A stretch of 64,000 nucleotides of DNA, taken from positions 24,285 through 88,284 of the forward strand of contig CAZUEH010000004.1 of assembly GCA_964619315.1 (NCBI GenBank). Direction: 5' to 3'. The position numbers were made by a program, and so were the translations under genes. How positions within the stretch are numbered: position 1 is the first letter of the stretch; every line of letters starts with the position of its first letter. This document shows, in pieces, positions 17,914-26,693 of the stretch. The stretch comes from an uncultured Oscillospiraceae bacterium. Lineage in GTDB: Bacteria; Bacillota; Clostridia; Peptostreptococcales; Anaerovoracaceae. The notes under the pieces are model-generated. The model saw only the letters and a program-made list of their open reading frames with translations, did not search any database and had not been told where the DNA came from.

Positions 17914-17978
17914 AGGGGACATAATCACACAAACACTTTTAAAAAATCAAACACGCGACTAAAAAGGAGACGACAAAA

Positions 17979-18959
17979 ATGAAAAAGATTATTGCAACAT
18001 TAATGGTCCTTATAATGACCTTAAGCCTATGCGCATGCGGCGGCAGCAAGGACGACAAAGAGATATTAAAAATCGGAGTCATCCAACTTATTAAGCACGA
18101 TGCTTTGGACAGAACTTATGAAGGTTTCGTAGATGGCCTTGCTGAACTGGGTTACGTTGACGGCGAAAATATCGAAATAGAATACCAAGTAGCCGCTGGA
18201 GACCAGTCAAACTGTCTTTCAATAGCTGAATCAATGGTTAACGACGACAAAGATTTAATCTTTGCTATCGCTACCACAGCAGCTCAAGCAGCAGCAAGCA
18301 AAACTTCAGACATTCCTATTTTAATATCAGCAGTAACTGATCCGGCAGGTTCCGGCCTTGTAGCTTCTAACGAAGAACCAGGTCGTAATGTTTCCGGCAC
18401 ATCTGACTTGACTCCAGTAGGAAGCCAAATGGAAATGTTAACTCAGATTTTCCCTGATGCAAAAAAGGTTGCTGTCCTTTATTGCACAACTGAATCTAAT
18501 TCAGAAATCCAGTTAGGACTTGCAAAGGAAGCAGCTGCAAAGCTTAACCTTGAAGTAGTTGAAGCATCTGTTTCTTCTTCAAATGAAATTCAGCAGATAG
18601 TAGCATCTCTTTCAAGAAAAGTTGATGTAATCTATGCTCCTACAGATAATACAATTTCAGCAGGTATGGACACCGTATCTATGGTAGCTACTCAAGAAGG
18701 CATTCCTGTTATTTGTGGAGAAGCCGGAATGGTAAAGGCTGGCGGAACAGCAACTCTTGGTCTTGACTACTATGACTTAGGAATTGCCACTGCAAAGCAA
18801 GCAATTAGAATCTTGGTTGATGGTGAAGACATCACTAAAATGCCAATCGAATATGCACAGGACGAAACATTAAAATATGCAGTAAATACTGCAATTGTAG
18901 ATCAATTGTCTATAGCTATTCCAAAGGAAATAATGGATAACTGCACTGTATATAAATAA
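17979..18959 (+). CDS. ABC transporter substrate-binding lipoprotein (ABC_sub_bind / COG2984 family)
   Basis: The 326 aa ORF has a signal peptide with lipobox LSLCACGG. The sequence KIGVIQLIKHDALD...AIATTAAQAAA is typical of this family. AAGGAG SD. Confidence 0.8.
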   Translation: MKKIIATLMVLIMTLSLCACGGSKDDKEILKIGVIQLIKHDALDRTYEGFVDGLAELGYVDGENIEIEYQVAAGDQSNCLSIAESMVNDDKDLIFAIATTAAQAAASKTSDIPILISAVTDPAGSGLVASNEEPGRNVSGTSDLTPVGSQMEMLTQIFPDAKKVAVLYCTTESNSEIQLGLAKEAAAKLNLEVVEASVSSSNEIQQIVASLSRKVDVIYAPTDNTISAGMDTVSMVATQEGIPVICGEAGMVKAGGTATLGLDYYDLGIATAKQAIRILVDGEDITKMPIEYAQDETLKYAVNTAIVDQLSIAIPKEIMDNCTVYK

Positions 18960-19020
18960 ACTTTAAGGCGGGGGAATATCCCCCGCCAATTGATATAACA
19001 AGTAAAACAAGGAGCTAAGT

Positions 19021-19989
19021 ATGGAACTTTTGTCAAGTATATTGAGAAATCTCCCTGATGCCCTTTCTCTCGGACTTGTCTGGGGAATTATGGCTATCGG
19101 GGTGTATATAACTTTTAAAGTATTGGACATCGCTGATATGACAGTTGATGGTACCTTTGCTTTAGGAGGCTGCATCGTGGCCTCCACTATATCAGCTGGT
19201 TGGAATCCTTGGATGTCCAGCTTGCTAGCAGTTGTTTGCGGCATGGGTGCAGGATTTATGACAGGTACGTTACACACCAAATTCAAGATACCTGCAATCC
19301 TTGCAGGTATCTTGACCATGCTATCCCTCTACTCGATTAACCTTATAATATTAGGCGGCAAGTCAAACATCGGTATGTCTCAGTTTGGCGAGCAGCGAGT
19401 AGATACAATCGTAGATACTATTACTGCGCTTTTCGGGGCGACTTCAAAAACTACTACTATAATTATGGGCCTCATTTTGGCCGTACTAATTATTGGCGGA
19501 TTGTACTGGTTCTTTGGAACCGAAAAGGGTTGCCTCATAAGAGCTACTGGTATTAACGAGGCCATGGTTAAAGCCCAAGGAGGCAACACTGACAACATGA
19601 AAATCATGGGAATAATCATCGCCAATGGATTCGTTGCCCTTTCTGGCGCTCTTGTCGCTCAAATCCAGAGATATGGAGACGTGGGCATGGGTACTGGAAC
19701 CATCGTTATCGGATTAGCTTCCATAATAATTGGTGAGGTAATTTTCGGCACTAAGTGTTCCTTCAAAATGAGAATGGTTTCCGTTTTCTTTGGTAGCATT
19801 GCATATCGTGTAATCATAGCAACTGTTTTGCTTTTGGGTTTCAATCCAAACAATTTGAAGTTGCTAACAGCACTTTTAGTTATCGCTGCCCTATCTGTTC
19901 CTACACTGAGAGAGTATTTGACAGAAAGAAAGCGTGTCAAGGAAAATATCAGCACTTATGAGGGGGTGGATACTAATGTTGACGCTTAA
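19021..19989 (+). CDS. ABC transporter permease (branched-chain/BPD_transp_2-like)
   Basis: The 322 aa ORF is multi-TM. It follows the SBP and overlaps the ATPase gene. Confidence 0.8.
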   Translation: MELLSSILRNLPDALSLGLVWGIMAIGVYITFKVLDIADMTVDGTFALGGCIVASTISAGWNPWMSSLLAVVCGMGAGFMTGTLHTKFKIPAILAGILTMLSLYSINLIILGGKSNIGMSQFGEQRVDTIVDTITALFGATSKTTTIIMGLILAVLIIGGLYWFFGTEKGCLIRATGINEAMVKAQGGNTDNMKIMGIIIANGFVALSGALVAQIQRYGDVGMGTGTIVIGLASIIIGEVIFGTKCSFKMRMVSVFFGSIAYRVIIATVLLLGFNPNNLKLLTALLVIAALSVPTLREYLTERKRVKENISTYEGVDTNVDA

Positions 19990-20770
19990 AGACGTATGTA
20001 AAACATTTAATAGAGGCTCAGCCAACGAAAAGGTTGCCTTGCAGTGTATTGACCTCAATGTTAATGAGGGTGATTTTATAACTGTAATCGGTGGCAATGG
20101 GGCTGGCAAATCCACTATGCTCAACATGATTTCGGGTGCATTTCCCGTTGACAGTGGTCTAATTAAGATGGGTAGCGAAAACGTTACCAATCAACCAGAA
20201 CACGTTCGCGCAAATAGAATTGGTCGAGTTTTTCAAGACCCAATGATGGGTACCGCGGGAGATATGTGGATAGAAGAAAATCTTGCGATAGCATACAGAA
20301 GAGGCAAAAAAAGAGGCTTCAAGTGGGGTGTAACAAAAGATGAGAGAGTCCTTTATAAAGAACTTCTTGCGCCTTTTGATTTAGGCCTTGAGGACCGCTT
20401 ACAAACAAAAGTATCCCTCTTATCAGGAGGACAGCGCCAAGCGTTGACTCTACTTATGGCTACAATTCAGCGTCCTGACATTTTACTTTTAGATGAACAT
20501 ACGGCGGCGCTTGATCCTAAAACTGCTTCCAAAGTTCTTTCAATGGCAGATACGTTGATTAAAGAACATAACCTTACAGCAATAATGGTAACACATAATA
20601 TGAAAGACGCAATCAAATATGGTAACCGTATCATAATGATGATGAACGGCAAAATAATATACGATGTGTCCGGAGAAGAGAAAGCAAAGCTACAAGTTGC
20701 TGACCTTCTTAAAAAGTTTGAAGTCTCCGCAGGAGAAGAATTTACTAGCGACAGAATGCTTCTTGTTTAA
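19976..20770 (+). CDS. ABC transporter ATP-binding protein
   Basis: Walker A GGNGAGKST, signature LSGGQRQ and Walker B LLLDEH are present. I trimmed the start to the ATG at 19976 (MLTLKDVCKTF), which follows a GAGGGGG SD. The ORF track gives 19934. Confidence 0.85.
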   Translation: MLTLKDVCKTFNRGSANEKVALQCIDLNVNEGDFITVIGGNGAGKSTMLNMISGAFPVDSGLIKMGSENVTNQPEHVRANRIGRVFQDPMMGTAGDMWIEENLAIAYRRGKKRGFKWGVTKDERVLYKELLAPFDLGLEDRLQTKVSLLSGGQRQALTLLMATIQRPDILLLDEHTAALDPKTASKVLSMADTLIKEHNLTAIMVTHNMKDAIKYGNRIIMMMNGKIIYDVSGEEKAKLQVADLLKKFEVSAGEEFTSDRMLLV

Positions 20771-20778
20771 CAAAAAAA

Positions 20779-20803
20779 GGCTCCGTTTTATAAAACGGAG
20801 CCT
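20779..20803. terminator. bidirectional intrinsic terminator between the ABC operon and the EAL gene
   Basis: GGCTCCGTTTT-ATA-AAACGGAGCC is flanked by an A-run upstream and a T-run downstream. Confidence 0.7.
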
Positions 20804-20816
20804 TTTGGGTTTTAAA

Positions 20817-21524
20817 TTATAATCCGAGGTTTTCTTTTAAGAACTTGTTGGCCTCATCTTGTGGTAAAACTCGAGAGTAATAGAACCCTTGAATCAAGTC
20901 ACAGTCAGTTGATAGAACCATTTCATTTTGCTCTTCAGTTTCGACACCTTCACAAAGAACTTCAATGCCAAGTCCATGGGCCAATACGATAATGCCGTCT
21001 AACAACTTCTTGCCTCGTTCGTCCAATGCGTTTAAAATGATTTTACGTTCGACTTTAACGCAATCTATTGGATAATCGTATAAGTCAATCAATGAAGAGT
21101 CTCCTCCACCAATATCATCTAAAACGATTGGGAATCCAAGGTCTTTACATCCGTTGATTTTTTTAAGTGATGTTTTTCTATCGTCAGATAAAGCGTTTTC
21201 TGTTATCTCGATTACCATATTGTTGTGGTTGAAAGAATACTTCTCAGTAATTCTTGTGATATCTTCTAAGAACTTCTTGTCAGAAATCGTAAATCTTGTA
21301 AAGTTACAAGACAAGGTTACATCTGAGATTCCTTCTTTTTCCCACTTTTCTAGCTGCTCACAAACTTGACCAAACATGAAATAGTCATGGTCGTGTATCA
21401 TTCCAGTACGGCTCAAAACATCAAGGTATTTGGCTGGAGTAAGCAATCCTTCTTGTGGATCCTGCCAACGGGATACCGCCTCAGCTCCATGGATTTTACC
21501 TTCTTTATTAACTACATACTGCAA
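20817..21524 (-). CDS. EAL-domain protein (c-di-GMP phosphodiesterase domain only); probably a 5'-truncated remnant of a larger signalling gene
   Basis: Catalytic-type motifs are present: GAEAVSRW, EITEN, LDDIGGG, EGVETEEQ, QGF. The only start is a TTG inside the canonical domain N-terminus. The reading frame stays open without a start up to 21644 and is followed by an IS fragment. Confidence 0.65.
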   Translation of the reverse strand: MQYVVNKEGKIHGAEAVSRWQDPQEGLLTPAKYLDVLSRTGMIHDHDYFMFGQVCEQLEKWEKEGISDVTLSCNFTRFTISDKKFLEDITRITEKYSFNHNNMVIEITENALSDDRKTSLKKINGCKDLGFPIVLDDIGGGDSSLIDLYDYPIDCVKVERKIILNALDERGKKLLDGIIVLAHGLGIEVLCEGVETEEQNEMVLSTDCDLIQGFYYSRVLPQDEANKFLKENLGL

Positions 21525-21689
21525 ATAAATTTGGAACTCTTTCTTTTCGAGTGCCTCTGTAACACGCTGATGTAGTCTTTCGTTTTGTTTAGTCTCTTTG
21601 ATTATAGATGTTGTGGAGAAATGGAAATCCTCTTTGTGGATAGGTTACAATAAACTAGACAATAAAAATAAGGTCATGTAAACTAAAAA

Positions 21690-21975
21690 TAGAAAAATAG
21701 ATGAAGTCCTAGATACATTTAAAATAAAGCGTTCACTGAGCATGAAAGGCTGTCCTTATGATAATGCTGTAGCTGAAGCTACATTCAAGATATTTAAAAC
21801 TGAATTCGCAAATATCTCTTATTTTGAAAGCTTGGAACAGTTAGAAATCATGTTAGCTGACTATGTAAATTGGTTTAATAATATTATGATTCATTCAACA
21901 TTAGGATATTTGAGTCCCAAAGAATATAAATTACATAACCTTAAAAAAACTGTCTAGATTAGTGTTGACAATCCA
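21690..21975 (+). pseudogene. IS3-family transposase C-terminal fragment (integrase core end) with a probable right terminal sequence
   Basis: Translation: ...LDTFKIKRSLSMKGCPYDNAVAEATFKIFKTEF...HSTLGYLSPKEYK. This matches the conserved SMSRKGNCxDNA...LxYxSPxxY end of IS3 OrfB. There is no N-terminal part, no frameshift region and no left end. The downstream sequence ends ...GTTGACAATCCA. Confidence 0.65.
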
Positions 21976-22145
21976 CCTTGCTAAATGTTCTGGTAATCTA
22001 CCATGAAAATGTGTGAAATTCTTTCGTTCTTTGCTAGTTGTTTACGGGAAATGTCATACATATCTAATTGTACCACAAAAACCCCTCTCCTACAAGTAAA
22101 ATGCACCTTCGCAAGACTTTCAAGACCGGAACCCTTTCACCCTTT

Positions 22146-22185
22146 CAAAAAGCAAAAGACGGACCAGCTTTTTGCTAGTCCGTCT
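22146..22185 (-). terminator. intrinsic terminator after the M23 peptidase gene
   Basis: The minus strand reads AGACGGAC-N13-GTCCGTCT followed by TTTTGCTTTTTG. Confidence 0.6.
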
Positions 22186-22191
22186 CTATTA

Positions 22192-23883
22192 TCAGGTATA
22201 TCTTGATGGGTCTACATAGTTACCATTGATTATTATTTCAAAATGGCAATGTGATCCATAACTGTTTCCAGTATTTCCTACTGCCGCAATGGTCTGTCCT
22301 TGGAAGACCTTTTCGCCAACGCCTACATATAGCTTGCTACAATGTCCATAAAGAGTCTTCGCTCCACCTCCATGGTCAATGATTACGGTAAGTCCGTATC
22401 CATAATGCCATCCCGCTTTGGATACTGTTCCGCCATCTGCTGCCTTGATAGGAGTTCCTGTTGGCGCTCCATAATCGTCGCCAGTGTGTCTTCTTCCCCA
22501 TCTCCAACCATATCTAGATGAGATTCCAACATTTACAGGTCTAATATATTGTCCAGTTCCTTTTTTAGGAGGAACAACTTTCGTTCCCTTTAAGATGACT
22601 TTGTTTACTGGTGCAGTTAACACTTCTCTGCTCAAGTCTTCTCTAGCAACGATTTGCCCATTATGTTTGGTTAGTCTTGCTGTAATACTTGCCTTACCAT
22701 TCTGTCCTTCTCTGTTTGTAACTGACTCTCCCTGATAGTAATAGCTTGAGTCTTTGTACTCAGTTTCAAACGGAATGCTTTCTGCGAATGTCGACACACC
22801 GATTGTTTCGAGTGTCAATAGCGGGATTTCTTTTTGTACTTTTATGGCATCCCCTGCATGAATTGTAGAGTTTGCACTTAGTCCCGGATTTAGAGCCGTA
22901 AGTTCGCTAAGGCTCAATCCAACCTTTTCACATATCGCATAAATCGTATCTCCAGAGGCTACTATATATTCCGAGGATTGTTGCCCTCCATTCCCAAGTA
23001 GCTCTATGGCAGCTTCCTTGCTAATAATATTATTAAGTTTTGTGCTATAAGGTTCTATCTTAATGTCTTCTACAAAACCTACATATTCGTACTCTGTAGA
23101 ATCGGTATCTGTCAAGAACATTGCTTCTATATCTTTTAGTACCTGTTCTGCGGTTTGCTGGTTTTCTACAACCAATTTAACTTCACCATTTATTAATATC
23201 GCGCTTCCCTGTGCATTGATTTCACTCATGTAGGTCAGTCTTCTAAGAACCGTGTCTTCGGTATCAATCTCTTTTCCATAAGAAACTACAGGTCTAAACT
23301 TGATATCCGTTTCTGGGTCGATCACTATGTTTGATCCATACTCTTGTGAAAGTTCTTCACTTGCTAACTCGAGAATTTCTAATACGTCCTTTTGCTCTTT
23401 AACTATTCCTAATGGTCTTCCATTGTAGGAATACTCGTATCCAGTTGTAGCAGCAAAGGCTCCTACCATAAGAAGACAAGCCGCTCCAAGGACTAAGGAG
23501 TTTTTAATTAAATAACCCTTGTATTCAGCAGTTTTTAGTCCAAGCTGATGCTGTTTTCTTCCGATAACAACTAGAGTTTTTAAAACAAACCATTCTCCTA
23601 TGGCAATGGCTCTATCGCAAAAGTTTATCACTGCTGCGCCTACGGTTAATATTCCGTCGACACCAGCTTCTAATACTTCTTCTGTCTCAACAATCGTTTC
23701 GTCTGCAAAGTCAATCGAATCTCCTGCTTTTTCCCATATTTTAGAGAACGTTTCTTTTCTCTTGTTTTTTCTCAAAGCTTTCTTCTCATTTCGATCAAGG
23801 GACCCTCTAGATTCTTTTGTTGTATCCTCCGAGGGGTCCTCTTTTTTCTTTTTTATTTTTTTGATGAAGTGAAGTTTTGCCAT
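22192..23883 (-). CDS. membrane-anchored peptidoglycan hydrolase with LysM, G5-like and M23 (LytM) metallopeptidase domains
   Basis: The 563 aa ORF has a basic N-terminus and a TM segment. The LysM region reads YIVASGDTIYAICEKVGLSLSELTALNP. The G5-like region reads YKDSSYYYQGESVTNREGQNGKASI. The M23 motifs are HTGDDYGAPTGTPI and HCHFEI. Confidence 0.8.
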   Translation of the reverse strand: MAKLHFIKKIKKKKEDPSEDTTKESRGSLDRNEKKALRKNKRKETFSKIWEKAGDSIDFADETIVETEEVLEAGVDGILTVGAAVINFCDRAIAIGEWFVLKTLVVIGRKQHQLGLKTAEYKGYLIKNSLVLGAACLLMVGAFAATTGYEYSYNGRPLGIVKEQKDVLEILELASEELSQEYGSNIVIDPETDIKFRPVVSYGKEIDTEDTVLRRLTYMSEINAQGSAILINGEVKLVVENQQTAEQVLKDIEAMFLTDTDSTEYEYVGFVEDIKIEPYSTKLNNIISKEAAIELLGNGGQQSSEYIVASGDTIYAICEKVGLSLSELTALNPGLSANSTIHAGDAIKVQKEIPLLTLETIGVSTFAESIPFETEYKDSSYYYQGESVTNREGQNGKASITARLTKHNGQIVAREDLSREVLTAPVNKVILKGTKVVPPKKGTGQYIRPVNVGISSRYGWRWGRRHTGDDYGAPTGTPIKAADGGTVSKAGWHYGYGLTVIIDHGGGAKTLYGHCSKLYVGVGEKVFQGQTIAAVGNTGNSYGSHCHFEIIINGNYVDPSRYT

Positions 23884-25139
23884 AATTCTGCTTCTCCCAT
23901 TCTCTCTTTAATGCAGGAACAACGATTTCCATCTTCCGTCATTCCTGTATCGTTGCATTTGCTGCAAAGATATTTAGTCTCAGTGTAATCTTCTCTATAA
24001 TTATTTTCTGTCAGGAGTACTGCTCTTTCTTGTTCCAAAAGCCCCATTAGCCTTTTTAATTCTTTCATTTCACCAGAGTTTCCACTCAAAACAATTTTTG
24101 GAAGTTTTCTGCCAAGTTCTACAAGTTCATTGTCTACCTCTTGAACTCGTGGAATTCTCTTGTACACTTCTGCCATTCTTGCTTCAGCTTCTTCTTCCGC
24201 TCTACTCCTCAAGGATTCATAATATTTATTTAAGACAGCTTGTGTAACAGCTCTGTTGCCATTGACGTTACGGCCATCGATTTTTGCTTCTTCATACCAG
24301 TTGTTTAAAACTTTATTTACATATCTAAGGTTCGGGTTTGAAATAAATGACGCTTTTGTGCATGCGTCAAGTACGCTTTCCATATTGAATTCCATTTCGT
24401 CAAACCACTTGTCCATCATTTCTCGTTCTGCCTCAGTGGCACCTCTATTGAGGCCCAAGGTTTGAAGGACTTTTTTGTGAAGCCCATATCTTTGATCTAA
24501 TAACCCTAGGTGGGTTCTCACATCTTCTTGTGTTTCAAAACCTTCTTTTGCCCACTGGCTCACAACTTTGGCTATATAATTAATCCCTGTCTTTCCTTTT
24601 TCCACGCAGTATTCCACTGCAAATAAGATTATTTCTGCGCTGGCATCTATATCTTCTACCCAAGAAAATATTTCTCTAGTCTCCTTTGGGGACAATGGTT
24701 TGCCCATAAGCTGCTCTACACTCAAAAGAAGGGTTTTGAGATCATTGTTAACCAATGGATTATCCTCTTGTATTTCTTCTTCCTCTTGGTAAGGCTCCTC
24801 GTGAACTACTTGATTTTCTCCTCCATACATAAGAGGTCTAAGTTGTTTAAACCGAACATCAAATTCCTTGTCTGAGGCTCTTTGCGCGTTAGCTTTTTCT
24901 ACCACGCCCATTTGGGTCCAATATTCCCAAGCTTCATATATCCGCTCTTTGGACATGCCAAGCTGCCTGCTCATTTGCTCAAAGGTCATATCATCTCCGT
25001 TTTGGCTATATAAAAGGCCATAGAGATAGACTTTGACAAAGTCGCCAGGCGCTGACGGTATATATTCATTTATAAATATGTTTTCCACTTCTGTTGTAAG
25101 AAGATAGAAATCTCTTATTTTTTCTCTTGTAAAACTCAT
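23853..25139 (-). CDS. DnaD/DnaB_2-domain replication initiation protein fused to a helicase-loader-type N-terminal module (coiled coil plus CxxC...CxC), with no AAA+ domain
   Basis: The 428 aa ORF has two DnaD-like repeats, at about residues 135-205 and 225-290. Residues about 300-415 read LNKYYESLRSRAEEEAEARMAEVYKRIPRVQEVDNELVELG...YLCSKCNDTGMTEDGNRCSCIKERM. This resembles the N-terminus of clostridial DnaC/DnaI-like loaders. The gene lies 3 genes from the replicative helicase. Confidence 0.65.
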   Translation of the reverse strand: MSFTREKIRDFYLLTTEVENIFINEYIPSAPGDFVKVYLYGLLYSQNGDDMTFEQMSRQLGMSKERIYEAWEYWTQMGVVEKANAQRASDKEFDVRFKQLRPLMYGGENQVVHEEPYQEEEEIQEDNPLVNNDLKTLLLSVEQLMGKPLSPKETREIFSWVEDIDASAEIILFAVEYCVEKGKTGINYIAKVVSQWAKEGFETQEDVRTHLGLLDQRYGLHKKVLQTLGLNRGATEAEREMMDKWFDEMEFNMESVLDACTKASFISNPNLRYVNKVLNNWYEEAKIDGRNVNGNRAVTQAVLNKYYESLRSRAEEEAEARMAEVYKRIPRVQEVDNELVELGRKLPKIVLSGNSGEMKELKRLMGLLEQERAVLLTENNYREDYTETKYLCSKCNDTGMTEDGNRCSCIKERMGEAELWQNFTSSKK

Positions 25140-25141
25140 GT

Positions 25142-25330
25142 TTATTCGGCTCCGTTTAAATCCTCAAGAAGCTTATCAAGATCAAGTCCATGACCTTCTG
25201 CCGCTTGTTCGAGAGTTTCCATATCTGCTCCTGGGCATCCTGCGCAAGCCAAAAGATATTTTTCAAAGATTTTTTCGTATTTTTCACCCATTAGCAAAAC
25301 TTCCGATACAGACATTTCTTTTGTAATCAT
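25142..25330 (-). CDS. DUF1858-type small protein (hybrid-cluster-protein-associated redox disulfide domain family)
   Basis: 62 aa, starting at the ATG at 25328-25330 after a GGGAGGA SD. The sequence is MITKEMSVSEVLLMGEKYEKIFEKYLLACAGCPGADMETLEQAAEGHGLD... with a CAGC motif. Confidence 0.55.
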   Translation of the reverse strand: MITKEMSVSEVLLMGEKYEKIFEKYLLACAGCPGADMETLEQAAEGHGLDLDKLLEDLNGAE

Positions 25331-25351
25331 GATAGTCCTCCCATCTTTCAA

Positions 25352-26665
25352 TTAAAGCGCTTTTTCACTAAACTTGGTATATCTTGCAACCCATGTAAGC
25401 TCAATTTTGTCCGTTGGGCCGCTTCTGTGTTTGGCTATGTTTATTTCGCAAATTCCCGGTTTTTCAGTGTTTTCATTGTAATAGTCGTCTCTATACAAGA
25501 ACATTACGATATCTGCATCCTGCTCTATTGCGCCTGATTCTCTCAAGTCGGAAAGCATCGGCCTTTTATCTTGTCTCAATTCAGGAGCTCTGGAAAGCTG
25601 GGAAAGTACAATTACAGGGCATTCCATCTCTCTTGCGAGCAGTTTCAGATTTCTTGATAGCGCACTGATTTCTTGCTGTCTACTTTCTGACCTTCCATCG
25701 AAAGTCATAAGTTGAAGGTAATCGACTATGATCAGGTCCAATCCCTGTTCTGCCTTTAGCCTTCTGCATTTGTTGCGCATTTCCATTATGGAAATTCCCG
25801 GGCTATCGTCTATTACTATCTTAGTTTCATTTAGTTCATTTAATGCAAAGTTTATTCTGTCCCAATCTTTCATATCTAAGTTGCCCTTTTTTAGCTTCTC
25901 AGATTCCACTCTTGCTTGCATGGATATCAATCTTTGCCCTAACTGTTCTCGGGACATTTCTAAGCTAAAAACCAAGACTGACGCGTTTGCTTTAATCGCA
26001 CTTTGCTCGGCTATATTCAACGCAAAGGCGGTTTTTCCCATACCAGGACGAGCCGCAACTATAATAAGATCCGAAGGTTGAAGCCCTGCGGTCTTTTCGT
26101 CTAATTGCCTGAAGCCTGTTTGCAGACCTGTTACTTGGCCTTTGTTTTGCACCGCTTCATCTATTATCTTCAGGTTTTTCATTAAAACTTCCTGAATTTT
26201 TGCATAGTCGTTTTTCTGTCTCTTTTGAGCTATTCTAAAAATATCGCTTTCTGCACAGTCCAAAAGTTCTTCTGCTGCCATCTTATCATCATACCCTTTG
26301 GCTGCAATTTCTTCAGTGGCAGAAATCAGTCTCCTTAAGACAGCTTTTTCTGAAACAATTTTGGCATACTCTCCTGCATTAGCAGTCGATGGGACTTCTG
26401 ATGTAAGGGTGGCTATATATGCTCTTCCTCCTACCATGTCCAGTGCCTTTTTTCTATTAAGTTCTTCGCAGACAGTAAGCATATCTACCGCCGTATTTTG
26501 CCTGTATAAGGTAATAATGGCATCGAAAATTTCACGGTGGCTTTCGTTATAAAAATCCTCCGGTTTTACTTCTTCTGCGACATCAATAAGTGCGTCTTTG
26601 CTGAGCATTGCAGCCCCTATGGCTGATCTTTCAGCTTCCTCGTTGTGGGGAGGTATTCTTTCCAT
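25352..26665 (-). CDS. dnaB: replicative DNA helicase (DnaB family; called DnaC in Bacillus nomenclature)
   Basis: The 437 aa ORF starts with PPHNEEAERSAIGAML and has Walker A ARPGMGKTAF and the motif IIVDYLQLM. It follows rplI as in other Firmicutes. Confidence 0.9.
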   Translation of the reverse strand: MERIPPHNEEAERSAIGAAMLSKDALIDVAEEVKPEDFYNESHREIFDAIITLYRQNTAVDMLTVCEELNRKKALDMVGGRAYIATLTSEVPSTANAGEYAKIVSEKAVLRRLISATEEIAAKGYDDKMAAEELLDCAESDIFRIAQKRQKNDYAKIQEVLMKNLKIIDEAVQNKGQVTGLQTGFRQLDEKTAGLQPSDLIIVAARPGMGKTAFALNIAEQSAIKANASVLVFSLEMSREQLGQRLISMQARVESEKLKKGNLDMKDWDRINFALNELNETKIVIDDSPGISIMEMRNKCRRLKAEQGLDLIIVDYLQLMTFDGRSESRQQEISALSRNLKLLAREMECPVIVLSQLSRAPELRQDKRPMLSDLRESGAIEQDADIVMFLYRDDYYNENTEKPGICEINIAKHRSGPTDKIELTWVARYTKFSEKAL

Positions 26666-26693
26666 ATCCGTCTCCTAAAAAGTCCTAGTTAAG

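Noticed and set aside
17690-17978. T-box or known riboswitch in the long ABC-importer leader
   Set aside because: No T-box consensus (AANNNGGGTGGTACCGCG-like), specifier-loop or GA-motif layout is recognisable, and no riboswitch core I know is present. I interpret it instead as a leader-peptide attenuator candidate. An Infernal scan would be decisive.
22003-22206. 67 aa plus-strand ORF between the IS fragment and the M23 gene
   Set aside because: It has no SD and runs through the minus-strand terminator hairpin into the M23 stop region. Its composition is not protein-like.
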